From: an uncultured bacterium
Lineage (GTDB): Bacteria > Lernaellota > Lernaellaia > Lernaellales > Lernaellaceae
Length of the DNA stretch: 48,814 nucleotides
Direction: 5' to 3'
Assembly: GCA_964534375.1 (NCBI GenBank)
Contig: CAZHPN010000020.1
Coordinates: 1 to 48,814, forward strand
Below are positions 9,056 to 17,621 of the stretch, in pieces (within the stretch, counting starts at the first letter, position 1; every line of letters starts with the position of its first letter). A model generated the notes under the pieces. It ran no database searches. It was given only the letters and a program-made list of their open reading frames with translations, and had not been told where the DNA came from. The translations under genes and the position numbers were made by a program.

Positions 9056-9898
9056 CTACGGAGATATTCCCAGGTGCGCTTCCAGACTGATCCGCAACAG
9101 GCGGGCTTCTTCGTTTTCCGGATCGGCGGCGACGGCTTTCTGCGCCTGCTGATAGGCCGCATCGGGCCGTTCGCCGTTGATGAAGGCGCGGGCGGCGATC
9201 AGGTGCGCCCGCGACAAAAAATAAGGTTGCTTGCCCAGGTGCAGCGCGGCCTTCGTGGCCATTGTCGCGGCCTGCTGCCATTGCTCTTGCGCGTAATGCA
9301 CCTCGGCGAGACCCAGCATTGCCTGCCCGTTCGACGCGTCCACCGACAACGCCTTTTCGAAACGTTTCTGCGCCAAAAAGAAATTGCCCTCGGACAGCAA
9401 CTGCCGGCCTTCGCGGGTCAACGCCAACGCCGCCCGCGATCGCGGGCCGCCGGGTTCGGCCAGCGCCTGGCCCAACAAAGTCGGGTCGGCGCCGCCCAGC
9501 GGCCCCTGATGCGGCAGGGCCTGGCGGACCGGCGGCGCCGCCCGGGTATCGGGCCGCGATTCGATTTCGCGGGTGGGCGCGTCCGTCACCGGCGATTCCT
9601 GGATCGCCGCGGGCGCCGCGGATGGGTCCGGCTTCGCAGGTTTCTCGGCGTGGGCGCCATTCTTGTCGGGCGACTTGCGGCTTTCCCGATTGAGCAGCGC
9701 GGCGAGCGCGGCGTCGTCTTCGGCGGTCGGCGCATCGGTTTCGGGCGACGGCGCCGGTGTGGCTTGCGGCCCTTCGGGCGGCAGATTGCGTTCCGTGATC
9801 ACGGGGCCGCGCGTCGCGCAACCCGACGTCAGGAGCAAAAGCAGGGCGAACCAAAGCGCCGCCCGCGCGATATTTTCGCTCATTTTGGGCGTCTCCAT
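9056..9898 (-). CDS. TPR-domain lipoprotein with Pro/Ala-rich linker (start may be the second Met, 9883)
   Basis: Lipobox LTSGC; C-terminal TPR-like helices (FEKALSVDASN, AVAADPEN). Confidence 0.8.
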   Translation of the reverse strand: METPKMSENIARAALWFALLLLLTSGCATRGPVITERNLPPEGPQATPAPSPETDAPTAEDDAALAALLNRESRKSPDKNGAHAEKPAKPDPSAAPAAIQESPVTDAPTREIESRPDTRAAPPVRQALPHQGPLGGADPTLLGQALAEPGGPRSRAALALTREGRQLLSEGNFFLAQKRFEKALSVDASNGQAMLGLAEVHYAQEQWQQAATMATKAALHLGKQPYFLSRAHLIAARAFINGERPDAAYQQAQKAVAADPENEEARLLRISLEAHLGISP

Positions 9899-10146
9899 GG
9901 GGCTTAATGCGCTTCGGCGGCTGGCGCGTCAAGGGGCAACGAATGTGGGCGAAACGCCGACGACACCGCGCGGCCTTCAGACGCGACCACTCTCACAAAG
10001 GCGAAGGATCTCTCTCGGGCCTGCGAAAATTACTAGATCAGCTTCTCGCCACGTGGACGTCGCGGAATGCCCGGTCGGCCATTTTGCGCCGCTGGGCGCC
10101 GACCACCGTTCGCTGCTTACTGTGCATTGACCGCGGACCCGCGGCG

Positions 10147-12036
10147 TCAGCACCCGCAGCCGCTGACATTGTCATTGAGATTCGGCGTCGGCGATTCGTC
10201 GTCATCGGCGCCCGGCGATTCGTCATCGTCGGCCCCGGGCGAGGCGTCGTCATCCGTCGTGGGCGACGTGTCGTCGTCGTCGTCGGCCGCGGGCGACGTG
10301 TCGTCGTCCGTCGTGTCGTCGTCCGCCGCCGTGTCATCGTCGGCGGCCGTGTCGTTGTCGTCGTTGTCGTCATTATCGTCGTTGTCGTCGTTGTCGTCAT
10401 CGTCGTCCGGCGAGTTGCCGACCTGGATGTAATTTTGCTTGGTCAGCGTGCTCGGGCCGGCGCCGTTGGCGACGAACAAGGTGACCGAGTAGTTGCCGCC
10501 CTCGTTATAGGTGTGCGTCACGACGTTCTTGCTCGAGTAGCTGTACCCGCCGTCGCCGAATTCCCACGTGTACGCCACCGGGTCGCAGTTCGACGGAATC
10601 GTCACATTGCTCGTGAACGTCACGATCAGCGGGTACGTCGGGCTCGTCGTGACGTTGGCGGTGAAGTCATTGACCGTCGGAAACGGGCAGAACGGGCACG
10701 CGGCCAGGCACGTCGCCAGATCGCTGCACGAGGCGCTGGCCGGCACGCAATCGAAAACGCAGATGAACGCCGCCGAATAGGACCAGGTGTTGTTGCAGAG
10801 GGTGACGGCGTCGGTCAATGTGAGCGGGTTCGCCGGGTCGAGCGCGACCTGCTGGCCGCAGTTTTGGTACACGTACGACAAGTCCATCGAACACCATTGG
10901 TCGGCGCAGAAACCCTCGCAGCCGGCGAGCAGGTCGCACGCCGTGTGCTCCTGCGCGCAATTGAAGACGCCTTGCGGCAGGCCGCCGCCGGCGCACAGGG
11001 TCAGGAAGTCGTTTTTCGCGAGCGGCTGCCCGTTGTTGTTGTAGGTGAGATTGCAGTTGTCGTACATCGCGGTCGCCGTCGCATTGCAGTCGCCGCCGGG
11101 CGTCGCGCCCGGCGCGTAGGCCTGTGTGCCGACGCTCACGCTGGTGACGCCCTCGTTGATGCTGCAGTTCCAGTAAACGATGCGAAAATAACCGTCTTCG
11201 CCGAAGTTGGTCGACCACGAATTCTTGACGATCCAGGCGCCGTCCGTGTCGTCCCAACCCACGATCAGAATCTGGTGACCGCCGAGATAATTGCCCCAGG
11301 TGTATTGGTAGACGCCGTCCACGTAGTATTGAAAATCTTGATAGACGTCCATTGTCGCGGTCAGCGGACCGTTGTCGACGAGGGCCTGTTTGATCGTGTC
11401 GGTGCGAATGCCGATCGACTGAAACCCGGCGATCTGAAACGTGCGGGTGGCCGCGTCGCTGCATACGTCGGAGCAGTTGTAGTCATACAGCGTGCCGCCG
11501 GACATGTACGGAAAGCACGGCTGGTCGACCACGCCGACGGAGACGATATTCGACAACAGTGTGCCGGCGTCGCTGCCGCCCGCGCAGGTGCCGCCGACGC
11601 AGTCGAACGCTTGTTGCTCGGACAGATCGATGTTGAGATTCGGATTCTTGTCACGAATGCGGACGCCCGCTTCCACCGCAGCGACACAGCCAAAGGCGAC
11701 GCATGAGCCGCATTGGCCCTGGTCCTTCACCGGCGTGACGAAATTCTGGCCGTTCTGATTCCGCCAATCAAACTGCGCGGGCAGCGAACGCCCGCCCGCC
11801 GGCTCCCACCGTTTCATCTTCTGCAACAGCGGCGACGGATGCGCGCCCAGCATCCGTTGAAAATCTTTTTCCGGCAACGTGCTGATCGCCGTGCGGCCCG
11901 CCCGCCACGCGGCGCCTTTTTGCTGAATGGCGCTATTGATCTGGTCGATGGTCGCGTCAGTCTCGTCCGCGGCGGCCAGCGCGGGCAGCGACAACAACAA
12001 CGCGCACAAAATCCACAACGAGATGCGGCGAATCAT
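10147..12036 (-). CDS. Secreted papain-family (C1A) cysteine protease with Cys-rich region, PKD domain, Asp-rich tail and terminal GCGC
   Basis: Signal peptide; LPAQFDWR, VKDQGQCGSC, GGHQILIVGW, KNSW catalytic motifs; PKD motif WEFGDG...HTY...YSVTL. Confidence 0.9.
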   Translation of the reverse strand: MIRRISLWILCALLLSLPALAAADETDATIDQINSAIQQKGAAWRAGRTAISTLPEKDFQRMLGAHPSPLLQKMKRWEPAGGRSLPAQFDWRNQNGQNFVTPVKDQGQCGSCVAFGCVAAVEAGVRIRDKNPNLNIDLSEQQAFDCVGGTCAGGSDAGTLLSNIVSVGVVDQPCFPYMSGGTLYDYNCSDVCSDAATRTFQIAGFQSIGIRTDTIKQALVDNGPLTATMDVYQDFQYYVDGVYQYTWGNYLGGHQILIVGWDDTDGAWIVKNSWSTNFGEDGYFRIVYWNCSINEGVTSVSVGTQAYAPGATPGGDCNATATAMYDNCNLTYNNNGQPLAKNDFLTLCAGGGLPQGVFNCAQEHTACDLLAGCEGFCADQWCSMDLSYVYQNCGQQVALDPANPLTLTDAVTLCNNTWSYSAAFICVFDCVPASASCSDLATCLAACPFCPFPTVNDFTANVTTSPTYPLIVTFTSNVTIPSNCDPVAYTWEFGDGGYSYSSKNVVTHTYNEGGNYSVTLFVANGAGPSTLTKQNYIQVGNSPDDDDDNDDNDDNDDNDDNDTAADDDTAADDDTTDDDTSPAADDDDDTSPTTDDDASPGADDDESPGADDDESPTPNLNDNVSGCGC

Positions 12037-12166
12037 CGGCGGCGCCTTTCCTGATAATAAACAGCAAAGTTGCGGCGGGCGCACGGCCGACCGCGGAGGT
12101 CGGCGAATACTGGCACAAAACCGCGCGCTTGCCTAGGCGGCGAAAACGGCTAGAAAACCCGGCGCG

Positions 12167-13273
12167 TCAGCCGCGCAGCAGCCGGTGCGTCAGCGCCAGC
12201 ACGAAATCGCGGTGATCGGACTGCACGTAGCGAAATGCGCCGCCCAGGCGGGAAAAGGTCTTGTTGAAACGCAGGTAGTAATCCGGGTTGTCCTCGGGCG
12301 GCTCGCCGCGCGACCAATCCCAGCGCGATGGCGTCAGATCGACCGCGAGCACGAAGTGATCCGTCAAACCGCCGCCGCTCTGCCGGGCGACATTCTGCGT
12401 CATCGCCATCGCCTTTTCGAAAATCATCGGGCTCATCACCGCGCTGCCGAGCGACAGGTACACGCCGCCGTCGAGCCGGCTGACGCCCTCGGCGAACGTC
12501 AGAAAATCCCGCAACGCCGCGCGGCCGAGCGCGCCGCCGTGATTCGCCGGATGCTCGTAAATAATATCGCAGCCGATCATCGGGTGGCCGGTGAACGGCA
12601 CGCCGGCCGCCCACGCGCCGGCCTGCGCGCTGTATTGCTTGAATGGGTGCGGAATCGCCAGTTCGCCCGGCGGCAACGACATGCGGCGCAGGACCGCCAG
12701 CAAATCGAGCGCCGCCGCCGCGCGCTCCGGGTCGTCGCGGAGACAAGCGCGCGCCGTGTTTTCCAATTCGTCAGGCGGCGGCAGCGCCAGCCGTTCGCAC
12801 GCGATCATCGCGCCGATCGACTCGCCGTAGCCCTTGCCCTCGTACGCGCCGACCGCCAGCGCCAGGTTGAGGTAAAGGCCGGTCTCGCGCCACGCGCCGA
12901 ACTCGCCGCGGGCCATGTTGGCGCGCACGTCCTCGCTCGTCGCGCCCTGGAACGCGAACTCCCAATCGTGAATGACGCCGGCGCCGTTCGTGGCCAGGTG
13001 CGTCGCCCAACCCCGTTGCGCCAGCGCGATCAACGCCGGGGCGAGGCCGTTCTTGATCGCGTGCGCGCCGAACGCGAGCATGACCGGCCGGGACGTCTCG
13101 CGGGCGCGACGGATGCGCGCCACAGTTTCAGCCAGCGCAGCTTCCGTCGCCGGCGACAAAGGGGCCGGTTCGATACGCAGGTCGATCATGTGGCGGGCGA
13201 CGGTTCGTTTATTCGCCCGCGCCGCGAGCGGCTTCATCACGAGGCGCGAGCGATCGAACTGCGGGTGCGGCAT
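12167..13273 (-). CDS. Deoxyhypusine-synthase-like fold protein (GSU2086-like), function unknown
   Basis: GAHAIKNGL, ATNGAGVIHD, TSEDV, GSAVMSP motifs. Confidence 0.7.
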   Translation of the reverse strand: MPHPQFDRSRLVMKPLAARANKRTVARHMIDLRIEPAPLSPATEAALAETVARIRRARETSRPVMLAFGAHAIKNGLAPALIALAQRGWATHLATNGAGVIHDWEFAFQGATSEDVRANMARGEFGAWRETGLYLNLALAVGAYEGKGYGESIGAMIACERLALPPPDELENTARACLRDDPERAAAALDLLAVLRRMSLPPGELAIPHPFKQYSAQAGAWAAGVPFTGHPMIGCDIIYEHPANHGGALGRAALRDFLTFAEGVSRLDGGVYLSLGSAVMSPMIFEKAMAMTQNVARQSGGGLTDHFVLAVDLTPSRWDWSRGEPPEDNPDYYLRFNKTFSRLGGAFRYVQSDHRDFVLALTHRLLRG

Positions 13274-13282
13274 TCCGGCGCC

Positions 13283-15208
13283 TCAGGCGTTGACGTGCAG
13301 CCAGTGCAGCAGCGCACCGAGTTGCGAAAAATCGGGGACGACCAGATCGGCCCCGGCGCGGATCAGCCGGCTGCGTTTGACGGGGTTGAGGCCGAAGCGC
13401 CGCAACTCGTCGCTCGCGACGCCGATCGCGTAGCCGCCGCGTTTGTGCGTCTCGCGAATCTCCACCGGCCCGTCGCCGAAGGTCACCAGGCCCGTGGCGT
13501 CGCCAATTTCGCCGAGCAGCCGGTCGAGCACGATCCGTTTGGCGTCGTGGGCGACATCGCCGACGGCGCCGTAGATGCGGCCTTCGAACAACTCGGCGTA
13601 ACCCATGCCGCGCGCTTCGGCGGCAACGTCCTGCTGATCGGTGCCGCTGGCGAGGTACAGTTTCACGCCGGCGCCGTGCAACGCGCGCAACAGGAGAAAC
13701 GCGTTTTTGATCAGGAAATCGTCGACGGCCAATTCGCCGCGTTCGAGCTTGGCGATGCGCCCGCGGACCATCCGCAGCAATTCGTCGTTGTAAATCCGCT
13801 TGTAGCCGAACTCGTCGCAGATTTCGTCGGGCGGCACGCAGGCGAACTCGCGGACCATCTTCACCAGGCCCTGCATCTGGGTCAGCGTCTGCACGCCGGT
13901 GGATTTGTCGATATAATCGCGCACGCGATCGACGACGCGGTGGTAGAGCGAATCGTCGGCGGAGTCGTAGCAAGGGCCGAGGATGGCGCGGATCATCATC
14001 GGCTCCATGATCGCTTCCCAGCCCTCGCGCAACGTCGACAGCGTGCCGTCGTGGTCGAAGACCGCGTGCGTCAGCCGCTGCGGCGGCTGCAGGTCGGAGA
14101 CGCGCTCGAACTCGGTGTCGTCGACGAGGCGGACCTGCCGCGCGTCCTCGGCCAACTCCGGCCGGTAGACGTAATCCGGCGCGGCGCCTGCGGCCAGTAT
14201 TTCGGCCGGCGAGGCCGTGCCCGTCTGGTGCAGCTTCTGCACCGTGACCGAGGCGGCGATGTTGCCGAACATCGCCGCGATCGCCGGCGAGGCCCCGGCG
14301 GCCAGCGCCGCGGCGGCGCCCGCGAGCGTCGTGTCGCCCGCGCCCACCGGGTCGATCTTGCCGAGAATCTGAATGCCCGGCGCCTCGTGCAGGCCGTGCT
14401 CGTCGCAAACCACGAGGCCGCGCGCCGCGCGGGTGACGAACGTCGGCCGACCGATGCGCGCGAACACCTGGCGCGCGGCGTCGTGCGCGTGTTCCTTGAG
14501 CACCAGCGCGCCCGGCGGGTACTCGACGCCGATCAGGCGCGCCGCCTCGCGATCGTTGATCTTCAGGAACGCGCCCGGATACGCGTCGCTGTAATGGCGG
14601 CTGTCGACGATGAACTTCTTTTCCGGATGTTCGCGAATCATCGCCGCCAGGCCGTGGCGCAGGCGGTCGGCGCGGTGAATGCCCTGTTTCACCTGCTCGT
14701 TGACGACCACCAGATCGAGGTCCGGCAGGCGCGCGGCGAGCGCCGCCAGGAGGCGATCCGCCGTATCGTCGGGCAGACGGTTGTAGTTGCCGAAGTCGAA
14801 CCGCTGGTGCTCCTCGTTGGCGAAATGCGGCTTGACGAACGTCGGCGTCGCCCAGTCGCGCGTCTCGCGCAGCAGGCCCTCGAGATGCACGTCGAGCGCG
14901 GCGAAAATGCGCGACATCTCGCGCCCCCACGGGTCGTCGCCGATCACGCCGAACACCTCGACCCGGCCGCAGCCGAGCGCGACCAGATTGTCCACCACGT
15001 TGGTGGCCCCGCCTGGGGCGCATCGCGATTCGGCGACGGGCTGCGTCGGCAGGCCGGTCTCCTGCGAAATCTCGCTTTCGCGCGGATCGACGAACCAGTA
15101 GACATCCAGGGCGAAATCGCCGATTACGCCGACGCGCACGCGCCGAATTGCCGACAGCAACTTTTGCAATTCCGGCAACCGCAGCCGCTGAAGATCCTGG
15201 TCGCTCAT
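13283..15208 (-). CDS. PfkB/RfaE-like sugar kinase fused to a HAD-family phosphatase
   Basis: VIGDFALD, PGGATNV and DPVGAGD (PfkB); FDHDGTL and FGDGPVE (HAD). Confidence 0.85.
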   Translation of the reverse strand: MSDQDLQRLRLPELQKLLSAIRRVRVGVIGDFALDVYWFVDPRESEISQETGLPTQPVAESRCAPGGATNVVDNLVALGCGRVEVFGVIGDDPWGREMSRIFAALDVHLEGLLRETRDWATPTFVKPHFANEEHQRFDFGNYNRLPDDTADRLLAALAARLPDLDLVVVNEQVKQGIHRADRLRHGLAAMIREHPEKKFIVDSRHYSDAYPGAFLKINDREAARLIGVEYPPGALVLKEHAHDAARQVFARIGRPTFVTRAARGLVVCDEHGLHEAPGIQILGKIDPVGAGDTTLAGAAAALAAGASPAIAAMFGNIAASVTVQKLHQTGTASPAEILAAGAAPDYVYRPELAEDARQVRLVDDTEFERVSDLQPPQRLTHAVFDHDGTLSTLREGWEAIMEPMMIRAILGPCYDSADDSLYHRVVDRVRDYIDKSTGVQTLTQMQGLVKMVREFACVPPDEICDEFGYKRIYNDELLRMVRGRIAKLERGELAVDDFLIKNAFLLLRALHGAGVKLYLASGTDQQDVAAEARGMGYAELFEGRIYGAVGDVAHDAKRIVLDRLLGEIGDATGLVTFGDGPVEIRETHKRGGYAIGVASDELRRFGLNPVKRSRLIRAGADLVVPDFSQLGALLHWLHVNA

Positions 15209-15274
15209 CGTTTCCCGCCTGTCGTGCGAAAGCGCATGGTGTTTGCCGCCGTACTTTTACGGCAGAAAGCGATG

Positions 15275-15307
15275 AAAAAAAAGCCGGCCACGAAATGACC
15301 GGCTTTT
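15275..15307 (-). terminator. Rho-independent terminator after the tRNA
   Basis: AAGCCGGTCA-TTTCG-TGGCCGGCTT hairpin with a T8 run on the minus strand. Confidence 0.85.
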
Positions 15308-15311
15308 CCCT

Positions 15312-15388
15312 TGGTGGTAGAGGAGGGACTCGAACCCTCGACCTAGCGGTTATGAGCCGCTTGCTCTAACCAACTGGGCTACTCTACC
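15312..15388 (-). tRNA. tRNA with CAT anticodon (tRNA-Ile2 or elongator tRNA-Met), encoded CCA
   Basis: GGTAGAG/CTCTACC acceptor stem, D-arm, AGCGG-CTCATAA-CCGCT anticodon arm, GGTTCGAGTCC T-arm, ACCA end; 77 nt. Confidence 0.95.
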
Positions 15389-15401
15389 AAACAGGCGAAT
15401 G

Positions 15402-15429
15402 ATTCTATGGAGAGGGGTCGGCTTGTCAA
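15402..15429 (-). promoter_or_regulatory. sigma70 promoter of the tRNA
   Basis: TTGACA-16 nt-TAGAAT, 13 nt upstream of the tRNA. Confidence 0.8.
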
Positions 15430-15446
15430 GGCGTGCGCGCCGAAAA

Positions 15447-15737
15447 TCAGCCGGCGGCGCTCGGCGGTTTCGGCGGCGTCGGCGGCCTCTTGGCGCTGAA
15501 TTTCGTGAAGAGCCAGATGATGCCCATCGAGGCGAAACCGAGGCCCGCGGCCTGGCTGAGGCCGACGGGGCAGCCGACCTGGCCGCAATACGGACACGTC
15601 GTCGACGAGGCGATCAAACCGGAAAGGCCGAACCAGCCGAGAAGGTAGGTCCAACTGCGCGCGACGAACCCCCGCATCTTCCCCGGTCGGTGATCGTGGA
15701 TGGGTTCGCCGGAGCGATGGAATTGGATTTCAGTCAT
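15447..15737 (-). CDS. Small two-TM protein with a CPYCGxxGCP motif (96 aa)
   Basis: AAGGGAG RBS; hydrophobic segments flank TTCPYCGQVGCPVG; follows the metal ABC permease. Confidence 0.7.
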   Translation of the reverse strand: MTEIQFHRSGEPIHDHRPGKMRGFVARSWTYLLGWFGLSGLIASSTTCPYCGQVGCPVGLSQAAGLGFASMGIIWLFTKFSAKRPPTPPKPPSAAG

Positions 15738-15814
15738 GGCTCCCTTTTCGCGACTTTCGTTCGCATCCAATATGTAAACACTGTTCGACGCCGCGTTAAG
15801 ACCGCACGCGCGAT

Positions 15815-16669
15815 TTACGCCCGCGCCACGTCGCGGTAGACCCAGGCGCCGGCGACGACGGTCGCCAGCAGAGCGACGGTCATCTGCGCCGGCGGGAAAT
15901 CGTAGTAGTTCGCGATGACGAATCCGGCCGTCCCGGTAAGCAGCGCCACCAGCGGCGCCACGAGCCACATCGGTTCGACTTCCCGGCAGATGTTTTTCGC
16001 CGCGAGGGCCGGCAAAGTCAGGCAACCGAACGTGTACAACATGCCCGAGGTGCGAATCGCGAGGCCCACCGCGAGGCCCAGAATTACGGACGTCGTCGTG
16101 TTCCAGGCGGAGGTATTCATGCCGACGGCTCCGGCCATCGGCGCGTCCATCGTCAACAGAATCAACCGCCGCCGAAAGACGCCGATGAAGATCGCCGTGG
16201 CGGCCGCCGCGCCCGCATACAACGCCACGTCGAAATTCGAGGCGCCGATGATGCTCGACGACAGCAACCGTTGGATTTCTTCCAGACCGTGCGGGCTATG
16301 GGCGACGAACAACACCGAAACGCTGGCGGAAACCAGAAACACCCAACCGGTGATCGCCTCGCGGCTCTCGCGGTTGATTTCGCCGCCGCGGCCGGTGACC
16401 AGCGCCGCCGCCACCGAAAAAATCACGGCCATCGTGGACAGAAAACCGTCCGATTCGACCCAGGTGTTTTCCGCGCCGGCCAACCTGACGCCGAGGCCCA
16501 GCGCCAGGGCGATGCCCAACGTCGACGCTTCCGAGACGGCTGCGCCGAGAAAAAGCTGGTCGCGCGCGACGACGAGGACGCCGACCAACGACAATAACAA
16601 GGCGACCAGCCAGCCGACGAGATAGGTCGTGTGAAACAAATGCCAGGACGAAAGAAACGCGCCGATCAT
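15815..16669 (-). CDS. znuB: Zn/Mn ABC transporter permease (ABC-3, ZnuB/MntB-like)
   Basis: Multi-TM; LVGVLVV..FLGAAVSEASTLGIAL, LTLPALAA and D(F)PPA motifs; ATGA overlap with the ATPase. Confidence 0.85.
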   Translation of the reverse strand: MIGAFLSSWHLFHTTYLVGWLVALLLSLVGVLVVARDQLFLGAAVSEASTLGIALALGLGVRLAGAENTWVESDGFLSTMAVIFSVAAALVTGRGGEINRESREAITGWVFLVSASVSVLFVAHSPHGLEEIQRLLSSSIIGASNFDVALYAGAAAATAIFIGVFRRRLILLTMDAPMAGAVGMNTSAWNTTTSVILGLAVGLAIRTSGMLYTFGCLTLPALAAKNICREVEPMWLVAPLVALLTGTAGFVIANYYDFPPAQMTVALLATVVAGAWVYRDVARA

Positions 16670-17433
16670 AAGCACGCCTCCCCATCGGCCAGTCGAATGC
16701 CGACGCCGCCGCCGTCATCTTGCACGAGCGACACGGCGACGCCGTAGGTCTTCTCGAGCTCTGCGGGAATCAGCACGTCGTCGCCCGTCCCGGACTTTAC
16801 GTGCTGCTCCCGGAACAGCGCCACGTGCGTGGCGTGGCGCGCGACGATCGTCAAATCGTGCGTGACGAACAGCACCGTCAGGCCGTCGTCGCGGTGAAGT
16901 TTTGCCACCGACCGCAACAGGGCGCTTTCCGCCGCGAGATCGAGGCCGTTGGTCGGTTCGTCGACAATCAGAAATCCCGGCCGCCGCACGAGCGCCCGCG
17001 CGACCAGCGCGCGTTGCCGCTGGCCGCCGGAGAGCGCCCAATAGTCTTTATCCGCCAGGCCGGACATCTGCACTTTCTGCAGCGCCCACTCCAAACGGTC
17101 GGCGTATTCCGCGCGCGGGACGGACAGGTTGACCAGGCCCAACAGCACAAATTCGCGCACCGTCGTCGGCAGCGTCGGATTGAGATCGCAGCGTTGCGGC
17201 ACAAAACCGATGCGCTCCGGACAGGCGAATTGCGGATCGAGATTCAACGCGCCGCGACGGGGCGAAAGAGAGCCGAGGATCGCCTTGAGCAGGGTCGACT
17301 TGCCCTCGCCGTTCGGACCGACGAAAAACCAGAACTCGCCTTCGCGGATTTCGAGATTCACGTCACGCAGCACAACCCGCCTTCCATAGCCGAGTTCGAG
17401 GTTCTTCGCTTCGACAATCACCTTGCGGTCCAC
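16666..17433 (-). CDS. znuC: Metal ABC transporter ATP-binding protein (ZnuC-like)
   Basis: GTG start with GAGGAGG RBS; Walker A GPNGEGKST, LSGGQ signature, IVDEPT, VTHD. Confidence 0.9.
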   Translation of the reverse strand: MDRKVIVEAKNLELGYGRRVVLRDVNLEIREGEFWFFVGPNGEGKSTLLKAILGSLSPRRGALNLDPQFACPERIGFVPQRCDLNPTLPTTVREFVLLGLVNLSVPRAEYADRLEWALQKVQMSGLADKDYWALSGGQRQRALVARALVRRPGFLIVDEPTNGLDLAAESALLRSVAKLHRDDGLTVLFVTHDLTIVARHATHVALFREQHVKSGTGDDVLIPAELEKTYGVAVSLVQDDGGGVGIRLADGEACL

Positions 17434-17621
17434 AAATTCCTCCTCACGTACCACCGGCAGGCTCCCGCGCCTGCCGCCCGAAATCTCGGGCGGGGATGGA
17501 ACCCCGCCCGTATACATGCAAGCGTGTCTTTTTAGGCGCGATTCGCGGGCGAGGCAAGCCCTGCTGATGCGCGGATGTGCGAACCGCCGCACGGGGCGGC
17601 GGTCCGCCATCGCCGCGCTGG

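Noticed and set aside
15312..15388. tRNA as an integration site for the metal cluster
   Set aside because: The cluster lies on the tRNA's 5' side, and no integrase, duplicated tRNA 3' end or obvious compositional break was seen.
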